The notes under the pieces are model-generated. The model worked only from the letters and a program-made list of their open reading frames with translations. It had not been told where the DNA came from and did no database searches. From the NCBI GenBank assembly GCA_964410015.1, contig CAYPFV010000001.1, forward strand, positions 13,306 to 77,305: a stretch of DNA of 64,000 nucleotides, given 5' to 3'. Below, in pieces: positions 49,543 through 57,655 of the stretch; positions within the stretch are counted from its first letter, which is position 1; the number at the start of each line of letters is the position of its first letter. Made by a program: the position numbers and the translations under genes. Source of the stretch: an uncultured Bacteroidales bacterium. GTDB lineage: Bacteria; Bacteroidota; Bacteroidia; Bacteroidales; UBA7960.

Positions 49543-49700
49543 GTTTTATCTTTTTATAATTTGATTAAGTCGGTCAGATGCCTGCCCCGTTCTTTTCTTA
49601 CGGGGGAACTCGCCAAAAAACCAGTTTTGTAATTTTCTCTGTGTTGCGAAATGATAAGCATCCGCATGTGTGTCATAAACTTTGTCATGGCTCGGTTCAT
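49543..49700 (-). repeat. ~130-nt dispersed intergenic repeat, copy 4 (reverse orientation, with 28-nt hairpin insertion)
   Basis: The reverse complement reads atgaaccgagccatgacaaagtttatgacacacatgcggatgctta...tttcgcaacacagagaaaattacaaaac...ttggcgag[28-nt insert]catctgacc...aatcaaattataaaaagataaaac. The insert at 49581-49608 contains ccccgt/acgggg. Confidence 0.9.
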
Positions 49701-49739
49701 CTTTTAATTATTCAATATTGCAGGTAAGACTTACCAATC

Positions 49740-50006
49740 TTACTGACTACCTTTTTTTCTGATAATGGTATAAATTTGAATTCCATATCCAAGCAATACC
49801 AAAAAAGGAGCCAGAGTTAAACGCCTGAAACTAAAAATATCGTCGCTGAAAACGTTGGGGTCTTCTGATCCGCCACCCACCATTAATATAAAACCCAAGG
49901 CAGTCACTAATAAGCCTAAGATCATTATTTTATATTTAGTCCGATCAAATAAAAACGATGTTTGGCTCGCTTTGGAGTCTCTTTTTTGACCTGATTTTTT
50001 TTCCAT
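49740..50006 (-). CDS. Small two-TM membrane protein (DUF3098-like, commonly next to ftsX in Bacteroidota)
   Basis: 88 aa. Two hydrophobic helices (IMILGLLVTALGFILMVGG and LAPFLVLLGYGIQIYTII) follow a basic N-tail. The family name is from memory. Confidence 0.6.
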   Translation of the reverse strand: MEKKSGQKRDSKASQTSFLFDRTKYKIMILGLLVTALGFILMVGGGSEDPNVFSDDIFSFRRLTLAPFLVLLGYGIQIYTIIRKKGSQ

Positions 50007-50017
50007 ATTCTTTAGTT

Positions 50018-50899
50018 TTAATAGAAATATAAATGATCTGTTTTTATTTTCAGATATTTTTTAACAGCAAAATAAGTAGATATCCAACTAATGATAATTC
50101 CCATCACAGTTACTATTCCAAAAGTTACAGAAAGCATTGTTATGTCCTGAAAATCCACCAATTCAGGGACTGACTGCTGAGCTCCATACAAGGATGCAAT
50201 CAGCAGGGAAATAGCAATGATGGCGCCAATAATACCCTGGAATATACCTTTTACAATAAAAGGTTTTCGGATAAAAGATTGTGTGGCTCCCACCAGTTGC
50301 ATACTTTTTATCAAAAAACGTTTGGAAAAAACACTTAATCTGATGGTATTATTAATGAGTGTAAAGGCAATGATCAACAAAAGAACTCCAAACAAAAGCA
50401 ACACAATCCCTATTTTCTGAACATTATCGTTTACGATGTGTAGTAGATTTCTTTGATAATCAACCTCTTTCACTTCATCCCGTTTCAAAACAGTTTCTTC
50501 GAAAATGGTCAAACTGTCGGGATTTGCCCAACTGGCATTTAATCTTACGTCAATAGAAGGAAAAAGGGGGTTATACCCTAAGAAAGAAACGAAATCTTCA
50601 CCCAGATCCCTGGTAAGGTCTTCGGCAGCCTTTTCTCTGGAAATAAACTCAGTTGATTTTACAGCTGCCATGCTATCAAGCGATTGTTGAAGCTTTTCAA
50701 TTTCAGGTAACGCTGTATTATCCATAATAACGACCGAAAAACCGATATTTTCTTTCAAATGCACGGATAATTTATGGGCATGCATAATAACCAAACCAAG
50801 CAAACCCAACACATAAAGAACAAGCGTAATACTTACTACCGTTGAGATGTAGGAAGTTTTTAACCTTCTTCCCAATAATACTTCTTCCTGTTGTGCCAT
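50018..50899 (-). CDS. ftsX: Cell-division ABC-transporter-like permease FtsX
   Basis: 293 aa. An N-terminal TM helix is followed by a periplasmic domain and a C-terminal three-TM FtsX domain (MQLVGATQSFIRKPF motif). Confidence 0.85.
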   Translation of the reverse strand: MAQQEEVLLGRRLKTSYISTVVSITLVLYVLGLLGLVIMHAHKLSVHLKENIGFSVVIMDNTALPEIEKLQQSLDSMAAVKSTEFISREKAAEDLTRDLGEDFVSFLGYNPLFPSIDVRLNASWANPDSLTIFEETVLKRDEVKEVDYQRNLLHIVNDNVQKIGIVLLLFGVLLLIIAFTLINNTIRLSVFSKRFLIKSMQLVGATQSFIRKPFIVKGIFQGIIGAIIAISLLIASLYGAQQSVPELVDFQDITMLSVTFGIVTVMGIIISWISTYFAVKKYLKIKTDHLYFY

Positions 50900-51041
50900 A
50901 GAATAAAATAAAGCGCAAAACTAATAAAAAATGGGGAAATAAATATGGAAAAGAGATGATACAAAAATACCCTCCCGAAAAATTGGATGAGAGGGTTTTG
51001 TTTGACTTTTTTGATGTAACAAGAATTTAGTTTGAATTTAG

Positions 51042-51125
51042 TACCCAGGGCCGGGATCGAACCGGCACGATATTGCTATCATTGGTGTTTGAGACCAACG
51101 CGTCTACCAATTCCGCCACCTGGGC
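51042..51125 (-). tRNA. tRNA-Leu (anticodon CAA)
   Basis: The reverse complement is GCCCAGGTGGCGGAATTGGTAGACGCGTTGGTCTCAAACACCAATGATAGCAATATCGTGCCGGTTCGATCCCGGCCCTGGGTA. It folds into a 7-bp acceptor stem, an anticodon stem TTGGT/ACCAA with loop CTCAAAC, a long variable arm (class II) and a T-arm GCCGG-TTCGATC-CCGGC. CCA is not encoded. Confidence 0.92.
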
Positions 51126-51161
51126 AATAAAACCTTTGGTTGGAGACTTTTTTAGTGGGTG

Positions 51162-51169
51162 CAAATATA
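51162..51169 (-). promoter_or_regulatory. -7 promoter motif TATATTTG for tRNA-Leu
   Basis: The reverse complement reads ctatatttgcaccc, an exact TAnnTTTG match 37 nt upstream of the mature tRNA 5' end. It shares the TTTGCACCC context with the rplY promoter. Confidence 0.55.
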
Positions 51170-51236
51170 GACAATATTTCCTTTTTAAAAAAAAATTGCC
51201 GAACATTTTATTCCTGCAAATGTCTGATTAATTTTC

Positions 51237-51244
51237 TACTTTTG
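51237..51244 (+). promoter_or_regulatory. -7 promoter motif TACTTTTG for prs
   Basis: Exact TAnnTTTG match 49 nt upstream of the ATG at 51293, divergent from the tRNA promoter. Confidence 0.5.
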
Positions 51245-51292
51245 CATCAAATTGTCTTTAATTCTGAGCCTTCAAAAAAAAATTTAACCCTC

Positions 51293-52237
51293 ATGAATTC
51301 TTCAGTTAACATCTTTTCTGGAACAGCTTCCCGTTATCTGGCAAAAAAGATCGCCGAAGAATACGGGCAAGAACTTGGCAATGAAGTATTTTCCAAATTC
51401 TCGGACGGTGAATATCAACCTTCTTTTGAGGAAACCATCAGAGGGAATGAAGTTTTCATTATTCAAAGCACTTTTGCCCCTGCAGATAATCTCATGGAGC
51501 TACTCCTGATGATTGATACAGCCCGCCGGGCCTCTGCCAACCAGGTAGTGGCAGTTATACCTTATTTTGGCTTTGCCCGCCAGGATCGTAAAGATAAACC
51601 ACGTGTACCCATAGGTGCCAAACTCATTGCCAACTTGTTAACTGCAGCAGGAGTAAACAGGGTTATTACTATGGATCTGCATGCAGACCAGATACAAGGT
51701 TTTTTTGATGTGCCTGTAGACCATATGTATGCCTCGTCTATTTTTGTTCCTTATATCAAAAACCTCAATCTGTCCAGACTGGTAATGGCATCTCCCGATA
51801 CAGGAGGAACCAGAAGAGCAGGTGTTTATGCAAAATTCCTGGATTGTGAAATGGTAATCTGTTACAAACAACGCAAAAAAGCTAACGAGGTAGGCAGAAT
51901 GGTGCTGATTGGCGATGTTAAGGGAAAAGATGTGGTGCTTGTTGATGATATCATTGATACAGCAGGTACCATTACGGGTGCTGCGAAAATGATGTATGAA
52001 AACGGAGCCCGTTCTGTAAGAGCAATTTGCACCCATCCAATACTTTCGGGCAAGGCTTATGAAAGAATTAACGAAAGTAAATTCGACGAAATCATTGTTA
52101 CCGATACCATACCCTTGAGACAAGAATGCGAAAAAATTAAAGTGCTTTCTACAGCTAAACTTTTTGCCGACGTCATAAAAAGGGTTACTAATCACGAATC
52201 GATCAGTTCCTTTTTTGGGTTTAATGCTATTTTGTAA
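51293..52237 (+). CDS. prs: Ribose-phosphate pyrophosphokinase
   Basis: MNSSVNIFSGTASRYLAKKIAEEYG is a typical Prs N-terminus. DLHADQIQGFF and the PRPP-binding motif VLVDDIIDTAGT are present. The ORF-track start at 51140 would run through the tRNA and prs promoters, so I rejected it. Confidence 0.93.
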   Translation: MNSSVNIFSGTASRYLAKKIAEEYGQELGNEVFSKFSDGEYQPSFEETIRGNEVFIIQSTFAPADNLMELLLMIDTARRASANQVVAVIPYFGFARQDRKDKPRVPIGAKLIANLLTAAGVNRVITMDLHADQIQGFFDVPVDHMYASSIFVPYIKNLNLSRLVMASPDTGGTRRAGVYAKFLDCEMVICYKQRKKANEVGRMVLIGDVKGKDVVLVDDIIDTAGTITGAAKMMYENGARSVRAICTHPILSGKAYERINESKFDEIIVTDTIPLRQECEKIKVLSTAKLFADVIKRVTNHESISSFFGFNAIL

Positions 52238-52504
52238 TACCCTGCCAATTATCGTTTTTGCATGTGTTTATAATTTTATCAGACAAGTTCTTGGTTTTTT
52301 TTAACGAAACCTATTACTGGAAATACCGGTTTTGTGCTTTCACTGTGTCGTAAAATTATAATCACCCTTTTGTCAATATTTTATCATGAAGGGTTCATCT
52401 GTTATATCCTGATTATTATAGTCTTTTCGGAGTTTGTTTGAAATATACCAGATTTCAGCCCATTTTCGATAAAAAGAAAGTCAAATAATTCACAAATAAA
52501 GTAT

Positions 52505-52512
52505 TACCTTTG
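52505..52512 (+). promoter_or_regulatory. -7 promoter motif TACCTTTG for rplY
   Basis: attacctttgcaccc is an exact TAnnTTTG match 59 nt upstream of the rplY ATG. Confidence 0.55.
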
Positions 52513-52519
52513 CACCCAC

Positions 52520-52535
52520 TTTTGCAAAAGCAAAA
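52520..52535 (+). promoter_or_regulatory. Small hairpin at the predicted 5' end of the rplY mRNA
   Basis: ttttgc aaaa gcaaaa forms a 6-bp stem with a 4-nt loop, starting ~8 nt after the -7 motif. Confidence 0.3.
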
Positions 52536-52570
52536 TGATTCAACAATTATTCACATAAAAATTAAATCTG

Positions 52571-53191
52571 ATGAAAACAGTATCTGTGAGCGGTTCTCCC
52601 AGAGAGAACGTAGGGAAAAAAGATGCTAAAGCTTTGCGCAGGCAAGGTCTGGTGCCATGTGTACTATACGGTGGCGAAGAACAAGTTTGTTTTACACTGC
52701 CCGAATTAGCTTTTAAAGATATTATTTATACGCCCGAATCTTGTATCGTAAAACTCGATATAGAGGGAAAATCTTATAATACCATTTTGCAGGATGCGCA
52801 ATTTCATCCTGTAACAGACAAAATTATACATTGCGATTTTTTACAGGTGTTCCCGGATAAAGATATCAAAATTGATATCCCTATCAATGTGGTTGGAAAC
52901 TCCCCTGGTGTAATCAAAGGGGGTAAACTCATTACCAAAATCCGTAAACTTCGGGTTAAGGGTCTTATGGATGCTCTTCCGGCCAAAATTGATATCAATA
53001 TCTCGAAGTTAGATATTGGTGATTCGGTAAAAGTTGGAGAACTTGAGGCAGAAGGTCTTGAATTTCTTGATTATGCCAATTCTGTTGTCGTAATGGTGAA
53101 AATGGTTCGGGGTGCCGGCGCCGACCTTGATGAGGAAGAACAAGGTGAAGAAGAAGGTGAAGCAACATCGGAAGAAAAAACCGAATCGTAA
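52571..53191 (+). CDS. rplY: 50S ribosomal protein L25 (Ctc form)
   Basis: 206 aa. The N-terminal L25 fold has R...GK..A..LRR.G.VP.V.YG, followed by the Ctc-type C-domain and an acidic tail. Confidence 0.9.
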   Translation: MKTVSVSGSPRENVGKKDAKALRRQGLVPCVLYGGEEQVCFTLPELAFKDIIYTPESCIVKLDIEGKSYNTILQDAQFHPVTDKIIHCDFLQVFPDKDIKIDIPINVVGNSPGVIKGGKLITKIRKLRVKGLMDALPAKIDINISKLDIGDSVKVGELEAEGLEFLDYANSVVVMVKMVRGAGADLDEEEQGEEEGEATSEEKTES

Positions 53192-53197
53192 TAGATT

Positions 53198-53215
53198 ACC
53201 GGCCTACCGGTTTTT
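53198..53215 (+). terminator. Weak terminator-like hairpin after rplY
   Basis: accgg ccta ccggt forms a 5-bp stem followed by ttttt. Confidence 0.4.
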
Positions 53216-53234
53216 AAAATTTTTATCATTGCAG

Positions 53235-53259
53235 GGCATAAAGGTTTTCTCTTTATGCC
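53235..53259 (+). other. 9-bp hairpin between rplY and pth that sequesters the ORF-track ATG at 53255
   Basis: ggcataaag gttttct ctttatgcc forms a perfect 9-bp stem. Confidence 0.5.
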
Positions 53260-53287
53260 TTGCTCGTTTTTAAGCATTCTATGGATT

Positions 53288-53941
53288 ATGTTGGAATTAC
53301 TGAAGAAATTTTTCAGCACCAAAAACCATGACACCGAAAAAGAAGATCAATCTGTGAAATATTTAATAGCAGGACTCGGAAATATTGGACCCGATTACGA
53401 AAATACCCGCCACAATATTGGGTTTATGGTACTGGATCATCTGGCAAGAAAGCATAACTGTATATTTGAACCTGCTAGGTATGGCGATAAAGCACTATTC
53501 AAACATAAAGGACGTGTTTTTATACTGATAAAACCCAGTACTTATATGAATCTTAGCGGAAAAGCTATCAACTACTGGTTGAACAAAGAAAAAATCCATC
53601 AGGACAAACTACTGGTCATTGTTGACGATATAGCGCTGCCGCTGGGTACTTTGAGACTAAAAGCCAAAGGTAGCGATGGTGGACACAACGGCCTGGCAAA
53701 TATTATAAATGTAATGGGTAGTAACAACTTTCCAAGACTTAGGTTTGGTATTGGAAATGAATACAGTAAAGGCAGGCAGGTAGACTTTGTTCTTGGAAAA
53801 TGGGAACCGGAAGAGACAAAGATCATTAAACCGAAAATAGAAGAATGTTCTGATTTGATCATAAGTTTTGCTACCATCGGAATTGAACGTACGATGAATT
53901 ATTTTAATAAAAAACCCAAACAAAACAAATCCAATAACTAA
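53288..53941 (+). CDS. pth: Peptidyl-tRNA hydrolase
   Basis: YLIAGLGNIGPDYENTRHNIGF and GSDGGHNGL motifs are present. The start is uncertain. I chose ATG 53288 because ATG 53255 lies inside a stable hairpin. An even later GTG at 53354 (VKYLIAGLGN) is also possible. Confidence 0.88.
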   Translation: MLELLKKFFSTKNHDTEKEDQSVKYLIAGLGNIGPDYENTRHNIGFMVLDHLARKHNCIFEPARYGDKALFKHKGRVFILIKPSTYMNLSGKAINYWLNKEKIHQDKLLVIVDDIALPLGTLRLKAKGSDGGHNGLANIINVMGSNNFPRLRFGIGNEYSKGRQVDFVLGKWEPEETKIIKPKIEECSDLIISFATIGIERTMNYFNKKPKQNKSNN

Positions 53942-53961
53942 CCCTGCAGATCAAAAAACTG

Positions 53962-54369
53962 ATGGTCGATAATACTACTGGTGCTATGCCTTTACGTGTA
54001 ACATGTGCCATCATAGAAAGATTGGATCATATTCTTATTGCATGCCGGAAGGATCAGAATCAGGCAGTTGCAAAATGGGAATTTCCGGGCGGGAAAACTG
54101 AACCCGGTGAAACAGATGAGCTTTGTATACACAGAGAGATAAACGAGGAGTTAAGCATTGAAATTGAGATACTGGAAAAATTACCGGTTTTCATACACTT
54201 TTATCCTGACAAAACCATTGAACTGGTTCCTTTTATTTGCCGGTACATAAAAGGTGATGTAAAATTAAAAGACCATTGGGAAGCAATATGGATTAAAAAA
54301 GAAGCATTGAAATATTTTGATTTGATGGAAGCCGACCGACCGATAGCGGAGCACTATATTCGAAAATAA
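53962..54369 (+). CDS. NUDIX hydrolase (MutT-like nucleoside triphosphate pyrophosphohydrolase)
   Basis: 135 aa with the Nudix box GGKTEPGETDELCIHREINEELSI (Gx5Ex7REUxEExGU). Confidence 0.85.
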   Translation: MVDNTTGAMPLRVTCAIIERLDHILIACRKDQNQAVAKWEFPGGKTEPGETDELCIHREINEELSIEIEILEKLPVFIHFYPDKTIELVPFICRYIKGDVKLKDHWEAIWIKKEALKYFDLMEADRPIAEHYIRK

Positions 54370-54408
54370 AAAAACCTGCCATTGCTTATTAAAAAATGAC
54401 AGGTTTTT
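54370..54408. terminator. Bidirectional terminator between the NUDIX gene and the convergent PfkB kinase gene
   Basis: aaaaacctgccat / atgacaggttttt pairs at 12 of 13 positions with a 13-nt loop. A-run upstream and T-run downstream. Confidence 0.7.
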
Positions 54409-54429
54409 TATTTTCATTAATTACAGCGG

Positions 54430-55533
54430 TCAAATATCTCCACAATCAACATCCACCCACTGTTTCATAAATGTTTGAAGATCAGCGCGGGTAGCTGACC
54501 TTTCGTTTCTTACATAAAATCCTGAAGAACAAACCCCTACAGCAACAGATTCAATAGGTTCCAAACCTGCTAACCATGCATTGCAAAAACCAGCATTAAA
54601 ATTATCTCCTGCACCCGTTGTTAATTTGGGCTCTGATGTGTAAGGCCCATCAACCCAACCACTTTGCACAGCAGTAGAAATGGCTGCTCCATTGGTTGGA
54701 TGAATAACAATGCCAAAAATGTTCATTTTTTCTCTGATCTTTACAGCACGTTCTACAATCTTTTCCTCCCGGAGGTCTAAAACCTCTGAAATGATACTCG
54801 ATTCGCTCATATTCATACTCAGAACTGTATCTGTTTTATAACCAGAGATGATATTGAGTATTTCCTGAATATCTTCCTTTGTCCTTTTTTTAGGATCGGC
54901 CAAATCAATAAATACAAGAGGCTTTTTCATCTGAACTTCAACAATCTTACTAAACTCTTCCAGAATAGTATTCAGGTTTGAAAGCATTGTCCAATTGGTA
55001 AAGGCTAACAAATCGACATTAGCAAGAAGCTTTTCAAGTTCGGGTTTAGGAAGGATTTTCAACAAATTATCAAGATTAATATCTACCAGATTATTCATTT
55101 TTCCCATCATGATTTTCCCATCGTAAAATTCAAGTGCATCTGTATGCCCGGGATCAGTCAATGAATAAACATTTTCACATGCCTTGGCAAATTCCTGAAA
55201 AATAGGATTTATCTGCGATTCACCCAAAGCACCGATATAGGTTACTTTATTACCCTGAGAAATAACCGCATTGGCCATGATAGGCCCGTTACCTCCAATT
55301 TTTGTCTGGATTGGCACTAGTTCTATGTTGGCACTCAATCCAGCTGTTTTTGCGATTCTGTCTGCATAAGACCCAATATCAGAAATTCTTTCATACTCTT
55401 TATGATTTTTCCTCTTGTCTACCACATGAATGATCTCATCAACGAAACCATCAAATCCGACCAGTAAATGCTTCGAATCTTTATAATTGCTTAACTTATC
55501 CAGTGCATTTTGCACAATCTTTACTTGTTCCAT
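54430..55533 (-). CDS. PfkB-family carbohydrate kinase
   Basis: 367 aa with the C-terminal PfkB signature TTGAGDNFNAGF and an N-terminal GG-containing sugar-binding region. Substrate unknown. Confidence 0.75.
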   Translation of the reverse strand: MEQVKIVQNALDKLSNYKDSKHLLVGFDGFVDEIIHVVDKRKNHKEYERISDIGSYADRIAKTAGLSANIELVPIQTKIGGNGPIMANAVISQGNKVTYIGALGESQINPIFQEFAKACENVYSLTDPGHTDALEFYDGKIMMGKMNNLVDINLDNLLKILPKPELEKLLANVDLLAFTNWTMLSNLNTILEEFSKIVEVQMKKPLVFIDLADPKKRTKEDIQEILNIISGYKTDTVLSMNMSESSIISEVLDLREEKIVERAVKIREKMNIFGIVIHPTNGAAISTAVQSGWVDGPYTSEPKLTTGAGDNFNAGFCNAWLAGLEPIESVAVGVCSSGFYVRNERSATRADLQTFMKQWVDVDCGDI

Positions 55534-55999
55534 ATTTATTGGGTTTACCTGTTTAAAAATAAATTATTGGTTCAAAAATTATTATGATACTACATTTCTG
55601 CAGGTTTTCTTTAATATGTTTATTACATTCTATATTAATATGTTAAAAAAATCATTATTCGTTTTTAGTGCGCTTTATACTTTGCTGATATTCAGTTCAA
55701 TGCAAATTTAGTTGATTTTTGATAAAAAACTAATCCCCGTATCTCTCAACGATTTTATCAACCATTTTTTTGACCCAATGCTATTTTAATTCTGACTTAA
55801 AATGATTACTTTTTTAGATGATATCCCCGGAAAAACTTATCCGGAAATTCTTTTAAAAGTTTTCACTGGCTAGAATTACATTTTTAGTTCCTGGCATAAA
55901 AATCTTATTTTTTTTGCTTTTGTGAAAAATAACAACCCTTAACCAAAAGGTTATCTTTCGAACATGCCTGAAGAAAAGATGTTTTTTTATACCCAAACA

Positions 56000-57499
56000 C
56001 TAAAACCTTCCATATAGCTTAGTAATTCTCAGCAAGTTCATGGCATATTCTTTGGTTAAATTTTCTTTTAGAAATCTCCACTGCCAGAACCCGGATGCTT
56101 TGCCCGGAAAATTCATTCTTGCCTTAGTATCTAACCGTAAAATATCCTGCAAAGGTGTAATAGCAATATTTGCAACAGTAGACCAGGCAAGTTTAATAAA
56201 CGACCAGGCAGGGTCTGTTGTATCAATATTGAAATACTCTTCCATCAGCTTCTTATCGGTGTCTGAAGATTGTGTGTAATGTCCCAGAGTGGTATCATTG
56301 TCGTGAGTTCCGGTATAAACAAGATAATTTTTTTCAAATGTGTGGGGCATAAAATCATTTTCTTCACCCGAATCAAAAGCGAATTGCAGGATCTTCATTC
56401 CTGGCAGACCAAATCTCATGCGCAATTCCACAACATCGTCAGTGATAACACCCAAATCTTCCGCTATAATGGGCAAATCACCCAAAGCATCAAATACAGC
56501 CTGCAACATTTTGCCACCGGGAGCATTAACCCATTTACCATTTATGGCAGTTTTTTCACCAAAAGGTACAGACCAGTAGGCAGCCAACCCTCTGAAATGA
56601 TCAATCCTGAGCATATCATAAAGTGTAAAATTTGCCTCAATACGGTCTATCCACCACTGAAAATTATCTTTTTCTATGCGTTCCCAATTATATAACGGAT
56701 TTCCCCATAATTGTCCGGTTTCGCTAAAGTAATCTGGTGGAACGCCTGCTATGTGGATGGGATTTAAATCATTGTCAAACTCGAATAACTCGGGTTTAGA
56801 CCATGCATCAGAACTATCAAAAGCAACATACAAGGGAATATCACCAATAATCTTTACATCATTTAAATTGGCGTAAGATTTTAGTTCGAGCCATTGTTTG
56901 TAAAAAAGAAATTGGATAAATTTAAAATATTCAATCTCAGTTTTTAGTTGGTCTTTATAATAATGAAATGCATCATGATTTTTCTTTTTTATATCCTGTT
57001 CCCAGTCGGTCCAGGGTTTTCCTTTAAAATGACCTTTTAGGGCCATAAAAAAGGCATAATCATCTAGCCATTTAATGTTTTTCAGGCAAAATTTTTCAAA
57101 TCTGACCTGCATAATCTGGTCACCCTTTAATAGATAATTTTGGTAAGCTTTGCGTAAAATGGGATATTTCACTTTATGCACTTTGCCATAATCGACATTT
57201 TCATCGTCGAAGTAAACATTATCGGGCAGGTCTTTGATTTCCAGGAGAGATTCTTCAACAAGCCGCTCAAGATCGATCAGCAGAGGGTTACCTGCAAACG
57301 CCGAATAACATTGATAAGGCGAATCACCATAACCGGTATGCCCTAAGGGAAGCAATTGCCATATCTTTTGTCCGGATAATACCAGAAAATCAACAAATTT
57401 ATAGGCTTCTGCACCCATGGTTCCAATTCCGTATTTTCCGGGTAAAGAGGTTATGTGTAATAAAATTCCACTTGATCTTTCCTGATTTTTCATATGCAT
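56000..57499 (-). CDS. malQ: 4-alpha-glucanotransferase (amylomaltase, GH77)
   Basis: 499 aa. RSSGILLHITSLPGKYGIG..G, RIDHFRG and GTHDNDT motifs are typical of MalQ. The start could be ATG 57499 or 57493. Confidence 0.92.
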   Translation of the reverse strand: MHMKNQERSSGILLHITSLPGKYGIGTMGAEAYKFVDFLVLSGQKIWQLLPLGHTGYGDSPYQCYSAFAGNPLLIDLERLVEESLLEIKDLPDNVYFDDENVDYGKVHKVKYPILRKAYQNYLLKGDQIMQVRFEKFCLKNIKWLDDYAFFMALKGHFKGKPWTDWEQDIKKKNHDAFHYYKDQLKTEIEYFKFIQFLFYKQWLELKSYANLNDVKIIGDIPLYVAFDSSDAWSKPELFEFDNDLNPIHIAGVPPDYFSETGQLWGNPLYNWERIEKDNFQWWIDRIEANFTLYDMLRIDHFRGLAAYWSVPFGEKTAINGKWVNAPGGKMLQAVFDALGDLPIIAEDLGVITDDVVELRMRFGLPGMKILQFAFDSGEENDFMPHTFEKNYLVYTGTHDNDTTLGHYTQSSDTDKKLMEEYFNIDTTDPAWSFIKLAWSTVANIAITPLQDILRLDTKARMNFPGKASGFWQWRFLKENLTKEYAMNLLRITKLYGRF

Positions 57500-57655
57500 G
57501 TTATTTTTACTATTGTGTTTTCGTTTTTTTTATCTGAAACGAAAAATAAATAAATGAATCGTTTAAAATATCTTTTTTGATCACGGATACTAGTTTATAC
57601 CAGAGGCGAATATATAACAGAATAATCTTTTTAACAAAATTGCAACATAACATGC

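Noticed and set aside
51140-51292. N-terminal extensions in the ORF track for prs, and likewise topA (39290-39370), rbfA (27289-27333), gldK (34237-34260), C25-B (24427-24462) and pth (53255-53287)
   Set aside because: The extensions lack similarity to the respective families. They overlap promoters, a tRNA flank or a stable hairpin. In each case they precede an internal Met that starts the canonical N-terminus or signal peptide.
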